DNA from: Planctomycetota bacterium
Lineage (GTDB): Bacteria > Planctomycetota > UBA8108 > SXIK01
Length of the DNA: 64,000 nucleotides
NCBI GenBank assembly: GCA_965223845.1
Contig: CBDCXR010000004.1
Span: 64,001 to 128,000 of the forward strand
Reading direction: 5' to 3'
Made by a program: the position numbers and the translations under genes. This document shows, one piece after another, positions 10,170-20,718 of the stretch. The notes under the pieces are model-generated. The model saw only the letters and a program-made list of their open reading frames with translations, was not told the DNA's origin and did no database searches. Within the stretch, counting starts at the first letter, position 1, and each line of letters begins with the position of its first letter.

Positions 10170-11741
10170 CTAGCGAACTACACGCGAAAGTTCGCCGGTG
10201 AGTTTCGAATCTTCCAGGGTTCCGTCGAAGCGCATCGGCACTTTGCGCGCGCCGAACTCGAACGTCACTTCGAACGTGAGTCGGTGGCTGTCCAGGCGGA
10301 CGCTCCGCAGTGCGAGTGAGTCTCCCTCGGACGTCGTCCAAGTGCCGGAGCCGTCCGCTGCAAACTCGAGCTTCATGGTGCGGGATCCGAGACTGAGCGC
10401 CCAGCGGCCGTGAAGTCCCTCGCCCGGCGTTTCTCGCGTCCCCGAAATGCGTCGGCGGAAGCTGCGGGGCGGAGGGCGCTTCACCCAGTCCGCGTCGTAC
10501 GCAAAAATGAACGCCGGGGCCACGCGCGGGGAGTTCGGCTTGGCGAGACGAATCACGAAACCGAGAGGGCTCGTCTCCGGTTCTCTCCAGCGTCCGTTGT
10601 GGCGGGTGCGTCCCCATCTTCGACCGAGCGCGACGATCTCGAAAGCCTCGAAGGCCGATCGATCGAGATCGTAGGTCGCGCTACCGCGGAGCTGAGTCGC
10701 GATGCCGTGGGCGCCATCTCGGCGACGACCTTGCGAGTCGGACTTCGTGCGACCGGAGAATTCGATCGTGACGCGGTTTTCTGCTCGTGCGGTGACGACG
10801 GCCTCGATGCTCGACTCGGCTACTTCGGGCGCACGGTACGCTGTCGTCTGACCGCGCACGGTGTCGACGAGGTGAAAGCGCGCGAGGCGTGCGATGAGTT
10901 TCTCGGGGATCGGGTACGATGCGCCGACCATCGGATCCGGCGGGATCCATCGACGTGCCTCCTCGCGCGAGAACCAGATCTTGTCTTGGTTCCACTTCAC
11001 TTCGGACGGCGCCTCCGGTCTGCACGCGAAGGGAAGATCGCGCGTCAGCATCGTCAAGACGAGGCCGTCCTCGGGGTAGCTGTGCTCCCAGCGATGCGTT
11101 GGGCGCACGTTAGTATCGGCGTCGAGGTATCTCTTCTCTTCGGGGAGATCTCGCCACGCGGCGAGCGCCTGCTCGAGCATCGCGAGAACTCGCTCCGGTC
11201 GGGTCGAGTTGATCGACGCGAGAAACGTCCCGCTCGGTGCGCAGACGTAGATTCCTTGGCGTGTCGACCCCGGCTGACCGCCGTAGTGTCCCTCCTCGGC
11301 CATGGCGCGAAAGAGGGCACACTCGGGATCCGTGCCGCGCTGGAGTCGCCACACTTCGTCGGCGGCGGTGACGAAGTGCTTCGCCATTTCGATCACGCGT
11401 TCGTTGGACCAGACGGACCGTCGGCCAGTTACCCCGTTGTTTCATGTGCAGCCCAGTGGATGGCCGTTCATGACCCAGAGGAGGAGCGGCTTCCGCGCGG
11501 AGCTCGCGGCGGCGATTCCCTCGTGGAACGTGACGTGCCACGGAATCTGTTCCCAGGCGAGCTCCCCTTCGGCCGGAAGGATGTGATCCCGCCACGCGGC
11601 GTAGTTCTCCGCCGTAAGGTCGATCGGCGCGCTGCGTTCGTCGGCTCGATCGGCCGGAGTCTCGCCGCAGATCGAGGGGGCTCCGGCGAGCGCGATCAAA
11701 AGAGCAAGCGCTCGGCGGCCTTGCATGGTCAAGTCTCCCAT
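10170..11741 (-). CDS. Putative exported thioredoxin-like selenoprotein (C-T-U), ~520 aa with in-frame UGA at 11444-11442
   Basis: ORFs 11442-11741 and 10170-11396 share a frame with no other stop between them; readthrough gives KPLLLWVMNGHPLGCT-U-NNGVTGRRSVWSNERVIEMAKHFV; SECIS-like hairpin follows. Confidence 0.75.
11403..11432 (-). promoter_or_regulatory. Bacterial SECIS-like stem-loop
   Basis: Transcript UGG-CC-GAC-[GGUCC]-GUC-U-GG-U-CCA; loop starts with GGUC about 22 nt 3' of the UGA. Confidence 0.6.
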
Positions 11742-11913
11742 CGCTCACGGTTCGTGGTTTCGCGGGCGCCGCGAACCTTGCGCCGGAAGAACCGCGGCCG
11801 ACGCGGAAACGGTCGCTGGCGGGCGTGAGCGCGCACCCGAGCGCTGCATCTTAGACCCCCCAGCTCTCCCGGTCGTATCGGAATCCGAAGAAACGCCGGA
11901 GCTTCGAGCGCGA

Positions 11914-14900
11914 TCAGACCGGTTTTCGCCGGAAGAAGAGGTCGAAGAGAACCGGGCACAGGACGAGCGTCAAGACCGTCGCGAAGCCCAGACCGAACAT
12001 CATCGCGTTCGCCATCGAGCTCCACATCCCGCCGCCGGAAACCGCGAGCGGGAGGAGGCCGATGATCGTGGTGATGGTGGTCATCAAAATCGGTCGCAGC
12101 CGGGATTTCGCGGCGACGATGATCGCCTCGCGTTGATCGACCTGCTCTCGCAGTTGGTGGTCGATCTCGTCGATGAGAAGGATCGCATTGTTCACGATGA
12201 TCCCGAGAAGCGCGATGATCCCGAGGAGCGTCATGAATCCGAACGACGACCCCGTGGCGAGAAGTCCGGGCGTGATCCCGCAGAGCATGGGCGGGATCGT
12301 CAGTACGACGATGAGGAATCGCCGGATGCTGTTGAACTGAGCGATCAAGATCAGGGATAGGAAGGCGAAGGAGATCGGAAATACGGAGCCGATGTTCCCC
12401 TGCGCCTCGGCGCTCTCTTCCTGTTCGCCTCCGTACTCGATGCGATAGCCGTCCGGCCAGTCCGTGCGCGCGAGGAGCGCTGAGAGGCGCGGGCGGATGT
12501 CGGCGAGGGCGGCACTCGCGAAGCGACCTGTCACCTGCGCCTTGATCGTCATCGTCCTGAGCGTGTCTTCGCGAAGAATCGAACCGGGGAGCGTCACGAG
12601 CGATACCTCGGCGACCTGACTCATCGGAACCGTCGAGCCGTCGGAGCGAATCACGGGAACGTCGCTGATCCGCTCCGGATGCTCGCGAAAGCTCGCGTAC
12701 GGCCGAAGAATGATCGGGATCGCTTTGTCGTCTTCGCGAAAGCTGCTGACCGTCAGACCGCGGTACTGCAGAGCGAGAGTAGACGCGATGTCGCGCGTCG
12801 AGAGACCGAGGCGAGCCGAACGGACCGAGTCCGGATCGACCGCGAGTTGCTTGACCCACGGCCCCCAGTCGTCACGGATCTCGACGACACCTTCGACTTC
12901 GCGAAGCTGCGCCCCGATGCGATCTCGGCACTCGTAAATCTGGTTCAAGTCTTCGCCGTAGAGACGAATCTGAATCGGGTCACCGACCGGTGGACCGTTT
13001 TCGAGGGCTTTCGCGGCGACGCGTGCGTCCGGAAACGCATTGCGAGCGTGATCGCCGATTCTTCGCGTGATTCTGCGTATCTCGGTGGGATCGCCCGTCG
13101 TCGTAAGTACCGACAAGAAGGCGTAGTTCGGGTTCGCAGGCTCGGGATTGAGCGAGAGGTACCAGCGCGGCCCGCCGTTCCCGATCCACGTCGAAACACT
13201 CTCGATCTCGTTGCCGAATTCGTTCTTCAACCAGGCCTCGAACTCGGAGACCCTCGCTTCCGTGACGGCGATGTCGCGACCGAGCGGAAGCTCGAAGTCG
13301 ACGACGAACTGCCCTCGTTCGTTGGGCGGAAAGAAGATCGTCGGGACGAACCTGAACCCTGCGCCGGCGGCGATCGTCAGGGCGAGGATGGCGCCGAGGA
13401 AGATCGGCTTTCGCCGCAACGCGAAGCGGAGAGATCGTTCGTAGGTCGGAAGTCCGCGCTCGAGCGCGCGTCCGATGAACGTATCCCGCTCGAGCGGCTT
13501 GAGAAAGTAGTAACAAAAGAGCGGAATCACGCTCAGAGAGAGAAGCCAGGAGGCGAGTAGCGTGAGCGTGACGACCGCAAAGAGGCTGTACGTGAACTCG
13601 CTCACCGCTCCCGGGGCGAGCGCGATCGGAGAGAACGCCGCCACTGTCGTGCAGCTCGCCGCGAGAAGTGGAATCGCGAGCGAGCCGACCGCCTCGGTGC
13701 ACGCGGTTCGCCGATCCTCGCCTCGTCCGAGACGAACCAGAATCTGCTCGCTGACGACGACCGCGTTGTCGACGAGCAGGCCGAGAGCGATGATCAGCGC
13801 GGCGATCGACATCATCTCGAGCTGAACATCGAGGACCGGCATGAACGCGAAGCAAAGGAGCACCGCGGACGGAACGAGCATCGCCACGACGAGCGCGATT
13901 CTCCAGCCCGCGAACAGGAGCATCACGAAAGCCACGAATCCGAACGCCTGCCCGAGGTTGATCACGAAATCACGAATCGACTTCGCGACGTATTTCGGTT
14001 GGAAAAACACCGTTTCGATGTCGAGGCCGAGCGGAAGCTCGCTCTGAATCTGTTCGAGTCGGTTGGCGACTCGCTCGCCGACTTCCGTGACGATGCCTCC
14101 TTTCACCATCGACACCGCCAGGCAGATCACGCGCTCTCCGTCGTAGTGTGCGATCGATCGCGGCGGATCTTCGTAGTCGCGTCTCACGTCTGCGAAATCG
14201 GAGAGGACGACAGAGCTTTGCTCTCCCGGCATCGCGAGTCGGTAGCTCCGGAGCTCGTCGAGGCTTTCGAACTCTCCGAGCGTCGCCACGTCGACTCGCT
14301 CCTCGCCGATCGTCATCGTGCCGCTGGACGCCACGGCATTCTGGTCCTGAATGCTGTAGACGAGTCCGAGCGGAGAGATCGAGCGAGCGCTGAATTCCGA
14401 CGTGGAGAACTCGATGTAGATGCGCTCGTCGAGCACTCCGTGGAATTCGACTTTCGCGACGTCCTTCATCTCGAGGAGGTCATCGCGAATTCCTTCGGCG
14501 TAGTCGAGGAGCTCGCGGGCGGTGAACCCATCGCCTCGGAGCGCGTAGATGTAAGGAAAAACGTCTCCGAACTCGTCGTCGACGCGCGGAACGCCGGCGC
14601 CGTCCGGAAGCTCCGTCGCGGCGACCTTGTTTCGGAGCCGTTGCCAGACGGGCTCGAGCTCGAAGAGATGCTCTTCGAGCTCGACGGAGATGATGGAGAA
14701 GCCGTTTCGAGAGGTGGACTTGACCTCTTTCACTTCCTCCATCTGACGCACTGCCTGCTCGAGAGGCTCCGTGACCTCCTGCTCGACCTGCACGGCGGTT
14801 CGACCGGCGTACGAAGTCAGGATCTGCGCGGTGCGGATCGTGAACTCCGGATACTCGAGGCGTCCGATCGAGAAGTACGTGGAGATCCCGACCGAGAGAA

Positions 14901-14961
14901 GAACCGCGTAGAGAACCAGGGTGGTGCGGTTGTATCGGAGCGAGAGGCGTGCGAGGTTCAT
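11914..14961 (-). CDS. AcrB/AcrD/AcrF-family RND efflux permease
   Basis: 1015 aa; GLLVDNAVVV, GIIVNNAILL, RLRPILMTT motifs. Confidence 0.95.
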   Translation of the reverse strand: MNLARLSLRYNRTTLVLYAVLLSVGISTYFSIGRLEYPEFTIRTAQILTSYAGRTAVQVEQEVTEPLEQAVRQMEEVKEVKSTSRNGFSIISVELEEHLFELEPVWQRLRNKVAATELPDGAGVPRVDDEFGDVFPYIYALRGDGFTARELLDYAEGIRDDLLEMKDVAKVEFHGVLDERIYIEFSTSEFSARSISPLGLVYSIQDQNAVASSGTMTIGEERVDVATLGEFESLDELRSYRLAMPGEQSSVVLSDFADVRRDYEDPPRSIAHYDGERVICLAVSMVKGGIVTEVGERVANRLEQIQSELPLGLDIETVFFQPKYVAKSIRDFVINLGQAFGFVAFVMLLFAGWRIALVVAMLVPSAVLLCFAFMPVLDVQLEMMSIAALIIALGLLVDNAVVVSEQILVRLGRGEDRRTACTEAVGSLAIPLLAASCTTVAAFSPIALAPGAVSEFTYSLFAVVTLTLLASWLLSLSVIPLFCYYFLKPLERDTFIGRALERGLPTYERSLRFALRRKPIFLGAILALTIAAGAGFRFVPTIFFPPNERGQFVVDFELPLGRDIAVTEARVSEFEAWLKNEFGNEIESVSTWIGNGGPRWYLSLNPEPANPNYAFLSVLTTTGDPTEIRRITRRIGDHARNAFPDARVAAKALENGPPVGDPIQIRLYGEDLNQIYECRDRIGAQLREVEGVVEIRDDWGPWVKQLAVDPDSVRSARLGLSTRDIASTLALQYRGLTVSSFREDDKAIPIILRPYASFREHPERISDVPVIRSDGSTVPMSQVAEVSLVTLPGSILREDTLRTMTIKAQVTGRFASAALADIRPRLSALLARTDWPDGYRIEYGGEQEESAEAQGNIGSVFPISFAFLSLILIAQFNSIRRFLIVVLTIPPMLCGITPGLLATGSSFGFMTLLGIIALLGIIVNNAILLIDEIDHQLREQVDQREAIIVAAKSRLRPILMTTITTIIGLLPLAVSGGGMWSSMANAMMFGLGFATVLTLVLCPVLFDLFFRRKPV

Positions 14962-14968
14962 GCGCGAG

Positions 14969-16009
14969 TCACTCGTAGCGAACCGTCATTCCCGGTTCGA
15001 CTCGATGCACGCCGCGCGAGACGATACGCGTGCCTGGCTCGAGTCCCGATCGAATTTCGACTCTTCCCCCGCTCCGCAGCTCGCCGGTGGTGATGATTCG
15101 CTTCGAGAGCGTCCCGGTGCCCGCTCCCGTCGGTTCGAGAACCCAGACGTAGCGTTCGCCGTCGGGGGCGCCGACGACGCACACTGACGGCACTGCCGTC
15201 GTCGGGCCTTCCGGGTTGGGAAGCTCGATCGTCGCCTCGCCATCGAGTCCCGCGCGAAGATCTTCGTCGTCACTCTTGAGCGAGAGCGTGATCGCGTAAG
15301 TGGTGTCAGCCGACGCACGAGTCGCGATCTTGAAGACCGCTGCGGCGTACACTTCGCCATTGTCGCCGCCGAGACGAACCTCGGCGGAATCGCCGATCTT
15401 GAGAAGGCCGACGACGTCTCGAGGAACGCCGATCTCCATTTCCATCTGTCCCTCGCCCTGGACTCGGAGGACGGGCGTCCCTGCGGTGACGACCTCCTGC
15501 CGCTCTCGGAGCACTTCGGCGACGAAGCCCGGATAGGGCATGGTCAGCACGCCATCGTCGACGCGCTTCTTTGCGGTGCGGAGCGCGGCCGCCGCCGAGC
15601 TCTGTGTCGCGATCGCGCTGTCGAGCTGCGCCTTGCTCGCGTTTCCGCGTTCGAAGAGCTGTTGGACTCGCTTGAGCTCTTGTTCGGCGCGCGTCGACTC
15701 GGCCTCGGCTCGAGTGAGGTCCGATCGATACGTCGAAACGTCGAGGCGGGCGAGTTCGGCATCCTTCTCGTACCGGCGACCGCGCACGGCGATGAGCTCG
15801 ATGATGCGTCCGCCGACTTCGAATCCGAGCTCGGCCGAGTCCGCCGCGCTCGTAACGCCCGAGAAACTTCGCACGATCTTCGGCGACGGCGGAGCAACTT
15901 CATGAGTGATCACTAAGCGCGGTGGGGCGGGCTCGATCGGCGGCGGCTCACAAGCGACGAGGGCGACAGTCCCGAGCAGAAGGAACATCGTTTCGATCCG
16001 TCGATTCAT
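14969..16009 (-). CDS. RND efflux periplasmic adaptor (MFP), lipoprotein
   Basis: LVAC lipobox, LGFEVGGRI, LTMPYPGFV; ATGA overlap with upstream TolC gene. Confidence 0.9.
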   Translation of the reverse strand: MNRRIETMFLLLGTVALVACEPPPIEPAPPRLVITHEVAPPSPKIVRSFSGVTSAADSAELGFEVGGRIIELIAVRGRRYEKDAELARLDVSTYRSDLTRAEAESTRAEQELKRVQQLFERGNASKAQLDSAIATQSSAAAALRTAKKRVDDGVLTMPYPGFVAEVLRERQEVVTAGTPVLRVQGEGQMEMEIGVPRDVVGLLKIGDSAEVRLGGDNGEVYAAAVFKIATRASADTTYAITLSLKSDDEDLRAGLDGEATIELPNPEGPTTAVPSVCVVGAPDGERYVWVLEPTGAGTGTLSKRIITTGELRSGGRVEIRSGLEPGTRIVSRGVHRVEPGMTVRYE

Positions 16010-18429
16010 CGCGTCGACTCCAGATAGATGCGCAGCCGTTCCGCCCAGGCGGCTTTCTCTTCGAAAGATTTGGAAAACTCGAACCACGCGATGGCGCGCT
16101 GCATCGAAACGATGTCGCGGAGGTACTGGTAGCCTGCGAGCGCTTCGTTCTGCTTCTGCGTGAGAAGCTCACCTTGCGCGTCGAGAAGGTCGAGAATGGT
16201 GGCCGCTCCCTGCTGGTATTTCGCCTGGACGGCTTCGAAGTTGTCGCTCGCGGCCTGCAGGGCCCGGCGGCTGAAGAGCATCGCCGGATGGCTCGCGCCG
16301 ATGCCGTGTCCCGCTGCGAGCGCTCGCTGTTCGATGAGAAGCAGTGCGCGGTCGCGCTGGGCCGAAAGTCGATCGCGGACGCTTCGAATCTGTCCGGATT
16401 CTGCGCTTCGCTTGCCGTCGAAGAGCGGGATCACGAAGGCCACACCGACGCTCCATTCGTTCTGAGAATCGGACGGAATCTGGTGCGCGCCCTGAAGAAC
16501 TCGCTGGAATCCGCCGATCGCGCTGATTTCGGGGACGAAGTTCCGACGGCGGCGCTCCCGGAGGAGAACTCCCTGGGCGGCGATGGTCTTCTCGAAGGCC
16601 TGGATCTCCGGAGCGCGGTCGCGCGACTCCGAGCGGAGAAACTCGATGAAGCGGCGAAAGCTGGCGAGATCGTTCACGAGCGTCGAGAGAGGCTCGTTCA
16701 TGAAATAGAAGTCGTCGTCCTCGAGCCGGATGTCGCGGAGGTTCCAGTATCGTCCGCGCTCGACGCCCAGCGCCACGTTGAGCGTGACTCGGGCGGTCCG
16801 CCGAGTCGAATCGCGCCGGAAGAGATTCGAGCTCGCTTGCGCGAGACTCGCTTCCCAGCGAAAGATTTCGACTGCCTCACCGGCGCCGACGTCCCGCCTT
16901 AGCTTGGCGAGTTGAAGGTTGTTCTCAATGAGTTGAAGGTTCTCCTTCTCGATCGCATAGAGAGCTTCGGCGGAAAGTACATCGAGGAATGCGAGCGCCG
17001 CGGCTTCGATCGTATCGAGCCGGACGGACTCCTCGTCGAGCCGCGCCGCCTCGGCCGTGAGGCGTTGAGCTTTGATCTGACTTCCCAGTCGATCGCTGAA
17101 GAGCAACTGCCGAATCTCGACCCCGAGCGATAGCGAGTGCGCGTGAACGGGCGTCAAGGCCGGAGAGATCACTTCCGTCACTCCGGACGCCGCCGATTGC
17201 CCCGTGACGTCGAGGTTCGGGAGGTAGTTCGCACGAACGACTCTCGCCGCTTGTTCTTCGGCGCGCGCTTGCGCGATCGCGGCGGCGACGTCTGGGTGCA
17301 TCCGCTCGCCGATCTCCATGGCCCGCTCGAGCGAGATCTCTTCGGCGTCCGGATGGAGAGCCTCCTCGAAGAGGAATCGCGCGGCGAGCGACGTCTCGTA
17401 GTCTGGTGACCAGCCGAGTGCGGTCGCGGTCTTCATGTTGATGACGAGCTGATCGTCCGCGCGAAGGAGGACGGGAAGAAGCTCGGTCGGCACTCCCGAG
17501 AGGATTTGATGCAAATTGAGCGCGATGCGGCGGAAGAGAGCCGATCTGTTGTCGCTCGCCAGTCCAGCGAACGCTCCGATCTCTACGTCACGGACACCCA
17601 AAATGGAGAGGGACTGAATTCCCTTCTCGCTCAGCGCCGCGAACAGCCGCGCGCGAAACTCAGGCTCGACGCCCGATAGAATCGGGACGTACACCGCCTT
17701 TGCGTCGGCCGGTAGTGCGGCGACCGACTCCTCTGCCGTATCGCCGCGGGGGAACGCCAGGAGCTCGACTCCGAGCTTGGTAGCGAGAGCGTCGATCTGC
17801 GGGCGATAGATTCCTTCGAGCGCTTGAAACGCAAATCGATCGACGATCGCGTAGACCGCATCGGCGCCGGAGAGCTGGACGAGCCGCTCGAGGTCGGCCT
17901 CGATGCGCCGAGGGCTTTGGATGAACGTGTAGTTGGGAGTGGTCGATCCGCCTTCGGGGGAGATTCGATCGCCACTCACGTCGATGAATTCGACCGCGCC
18001 GCCGACGATCGGTTTCGTGCGGTCCTCGACCGGGAGCTCTGCGGCGCGGTAGGTGGAGACGAAGCCCGCGGTGTAGATGACGGAGACGTCGGGAGCCTGA
18101 AGCGCTTCACGAAGCACGGCCTCGACGCGATCCGGATCCCCGTTCGCGTTGAACGTATCGCGAAGCTCGTAGCGGTACTGGTCGGCAGCGAGCGCGTCGA
18201 GCTCCGCGCGAAACCCTCTGATGACGGCATCGAAATACGGCGAATCCCGGTCTCGGACGACCGCGATGACGTTCGTGGCGAGGTCTGCCGGCTCGGCCTC
18301 TGCGTCGTCCGCCTGCGCGAAGAGAGCGGCACGATTCGTGAGCGGAACTAGCGGGGAGAGACCGAGCGAGAAAAACGCGATCAACCATAACGACGCGAGC
18401 TGTCGAGATGTTCGCACGGTACGCTCCAT
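16006..18429 (-). CDS. TolC-family outer membrane efflux protein fused to an N-terminal periplasmic substrate-binding-like domain
   Basis: N-half with LVINMKTATALG (ABC substrate-binding-like); C-half OEP repeats (ISLERAM, YLPNLDV, KYQQGAATILDLLDAQ). Confidence 0.85.
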   Translation of the reverse strand: MERTVRTSRQLASLWLIAFFSLGLSPLVPLTNRAALFAQADDAEAEPADLATNVIAVVRDRDSPYFDAVIRGFRAELDALAADQYRYELRDTFNANGDPDRVEAVLREALQAPDVSVIYTAGFVSTYRAAELPVEDRTKPIVGGAVEFIDVSGDRISPEGGSTTPNYTFIQSPRRIEADLERLVQLSGADAVYAIVDRFAFQALEGIYRPQIDALATKLGVELLAFPRGDTAEESVAALPADAKAVYVPILSGVEPEFRARLFAALSEKGIQSLSILGVRDVEIGAFAGLASDNRSALFRRIALNLHQILSGVPTELLPVLLRADDQLVINMKTATALGWSPDYETSLAARFLFEEALHPDAEEISLERAMEIGERMHPDVAAAIAQARAEEQAARVVRANYLPNLDVTGQSAASGVTEVISPALTPVHAHSLSLGVEIRQLLFSDRLGSQIKAQRLTAEAARLDEESVRLDTIEAAALAFLDVLSAEALYAIEKENLQLIENNLQLAKLRRDVGAGEAVEIFRWEASLAQASSNLFRRDSTRRTARVTLNVALGVERGRYWNLRDIRLEDDDFYFMNEPLSTLVNDLASFRRFIEFLRSESRDRAPEIQAFEKTIAAQGVLLRERRRRNFVPEISAIGGFQRVLQGAHQIPSDSQNEWSVGVAFVIPLFDGKRSAESGQIRSVRDRLSAQRDRALLLIEQRALAAGHGIGASHPAMLFSRRALQAASDNFEAVQAKYQQGAATILDLLDAQGELLTQKQNEALAGYQYLRDIVSMQRAIAWFEFSKSFEEKAAWAERLRIYLESTR

Positions 18430-19070
18430 GATCCTAGCCCGGACAGTATCAGAATTCGGTTCTACCCGAGACACCGCGTCGAGTTCTACCCGGGATCGCG
18501 AGAGTGAACTCACGTGAACGCGAACCGAGGTGATCGGTTCTCGAGAGATCGATCCAGCCGCGATCGTGAATCGCCCGTGAAGGACAATTGAACTGGCGTC
18601 CATCCGAGTCAGGGGTGCGAAGCTCGAACTGGGTGGGACGAATGGGAGGGTAGGTCGATCCCACGCCGAAGTTGGCGACGTTATCGGAGCGTCACGCCTC
18701 GCGTACGGACTCGACTTAGCGCTGCGCGTCGAACAGCGGGAGCGAACCGTCGCTAGCGAAAGCGGTCAGGGGAAGAGTGCGTCTCGTTCGATTTCGCCGT
18801 GGCGCGGAGACGATGAGCAACTCTCTTCGAAAGCTGCTCGATGAAACGTCGGCGCCTGTGCGTTCTAACCGCCGGAGAGTCGAGAGTCGCCGGGGGTTGA
18901 GAGACCTAGGCCGAGCGGCTCGCTGAAGAAGAGGGCCCGAAACGGTGATAGGATCGGTCGACGAGCGAGACGGCCGGCGAGTCCGACGGATTGAACTCGC
19001 ACCGTCGAATCAAGCGGGTTGAAAGTGCGGCGCGGTTGATCCTCCCGTTCCCCGTCGAGAGAGCACGATC

Positions 19071-19760
19071 ATGGAACACGAAAACACCCGTCCGATGCCA
19101 GAAGATCAGCTCGAGGAGATCGAACGGAAACTCAAGGCGGCGGAGTTGGCCAAGCTCGAGGCAGAGACGGATGCCATCCGCCGGAACAAGCCGATGACCC
19201 TGACCGTGCTTTTCGGTTTTCTCGGCGCGTTTAGCGGGTTCGGCGCCTGGATGATCAACGAATTCAAGCAGTACAGCGAGGGGCACATGGCGCTGAGAGA
19301 AGTCGAAGAGCTCGAGCAAGAGAAGAACAGCCTCCAGGGCGAAGTCACCATGATCCTCGGCCTCAAGGCTCACTACCGAGAAGAGGCGGAGCGTTTGCGG
19401 CGCGAGACGACCGAGAAGCAAGACGTGATCGACAAGGCTTATCTCAAAGCACTCTTCGCGAAGTCCGAGGCGCTCTACGCGTTTAAGCACGTGGAAGTGC
19501 TGGAGGACCCGGAAGCTCGCGCAAGGGTCGCCGAAGACATGCTGAAAGTTGCGCGGGAAGCGATCTCCGACCTCGGCGACGCGCTTCCGCTCATTCCCGC
19601 ATCGGATTGGGCTCGAGATATGCGGTACGCTCCGTCCGGAGCATTCGGCGGCAACAGCTACATCTTGTATTACGAAAAGGATGACAAACGTCGCTACTAC
19701 GACGTGAAAGAGCAGCGTTTTCTGACCGACGAGGAAGAGAAGCTGATTCGCGTGCCCTGA
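19071..19760 (+). CDS. Hypothetical single-TM coiled-coil protein
   Basis: 229 aa ORF with realistic composition, one TM helix and heptad-rich segments. Confidence 0.6.
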   Translation: MEHENTRPMPEDQLEEIERKLKAAELAKLEAETDAIRRNKPMTLTVLFGFLGAFSGFGAWMINEFKQYSEGHMALREVEELEQEKNSLQGEVTMILGLKAHYREEAERLRRETTEKQDVIDKAYLKALFAKSEALYAFKHVEVLEDPEARARVAEDMLKVAREAISDLGDALPLIPASDWARDMRYAPSGAFGGNSYILYYEKDDKRRYYDVKEQRFLTDEEEKLIRVP

Positions 19761-19785
19761 CGCGAAGTTCTACGTTCTCGCCGCC

Positions 19786-20718
19786 ATGACTAACGAGGAA
19801 GAGCACAACCTACCTCCGATTCTCCCCGTGGGTACGGCCGTCGTCAGCACGGTCGAAATTGCGGAGCGCGCGGGGAAGCCGGTATACCCTCGCGGCTCGG
19901 TCGGAATGATCACTCGGGCGCCGAGCGACCCGGATCATCGCTACCGCGTGCGATTCCCCGGCGGACAGGAAGCTTCCCTTAGACGAGCGGATCTAGTCGT
20001 CCTCAAGCACTTCCAGCGCGAGGGGATGAATCTCGATCCCATGGCGGAACACGACCTCTACCGCCATGTGATCTATCAGTGCGTCATCGGATCTCGCGCG
20101 TACGGTCTGGACCACGACGGTTCGGATATCGATCGTCGTGGTATCTACCTCCCGCCCGCTCACCTCGAGTGGTCTCTCTACGGTGTACCCGAGCAACTAG
20201 AAAACAACGAGACGGAGGAATGCTACTGGGAGATGGAGAAGTTCTTGAAGCTCGCGCTCAGGGCGAACCCGAACGTTCTCGAAGTCCTGTATTCGCCCAT
20301 CGTCGAGAAGGCAACGCCGCTCGCTCGAGAGCTCCTGGATCAGAAGAACATCTTTCTTTCCCGTCTCGTCTATCAAACGTACAACGGCTACGTCCTATCG
20401 CAGTTCAAGAAGCTCGGTCAGGACCTTAGGAATCGGGGCACGATCAAGTGGAAGCATGCGATGCATCTGATTCGACTCCTGCTGTCGGGAATCACCATTC
20501 TTCGCGAAGGATTCGTGCCCGTTCAGGTCGCCCAGTACCGTGAGAGATTGCTTGCGATTCGCGACGGGGAGACGCCGTGGAGCGAAGTCGATGCTTGGCG
20601 CTTGAAGCTGCACCAAGAATTCGACGCCACATACGAAACGACCGATCTTCCAACTCATCCGGACTACGAGAGTGCGAACGCGTTTCTCGTAAAGGCGCGG
20701 AGGTCGATGGTGACGTGA
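19786..20718 (+). CDS. Pol-beta-superfamily nucleotidyltransferase (RlaP/YcgL-like) with small N-terminal beta domain
   Basis: GSRAYGLDHDGSDIDRRG motif, ANPNVLEVL, KHAMHLIRLL. Confidence 0.88.
   Translation: MTNEEEHNLPPILPVGTAVVSTVEIAERAGKPVYPRGSVGMITRAPSDPDHRYRVRFPGGQEASLRRADLVVLKHFQREGMNLDPMAEHDLYRHVIYQCVIGSRAYGLDHDGSDIDRRGIYLPPAHLEWSLYGVPEQLENNETEECYWEMEKFLKLALRANPNVLEVLYSPIVEKATPLARELLDQKNIFLSRLVYQTYNGYVLSQFKKLGQDLRNRGTIKWKHAMHLIRLLLSGITILREGFVPVQVAQYRERLLAIRDGETPWSEVDAWRLKLHQEFDATYETTDLPTHPDYESANAFLVKARRSMVT

Noticed and set aside
18430-19070. ncRNA or small gene in a 640-bp divergent intergenic region
   Set aside because: No recognisable RNA family or convincing ORF by eye; would need an Rfam scan
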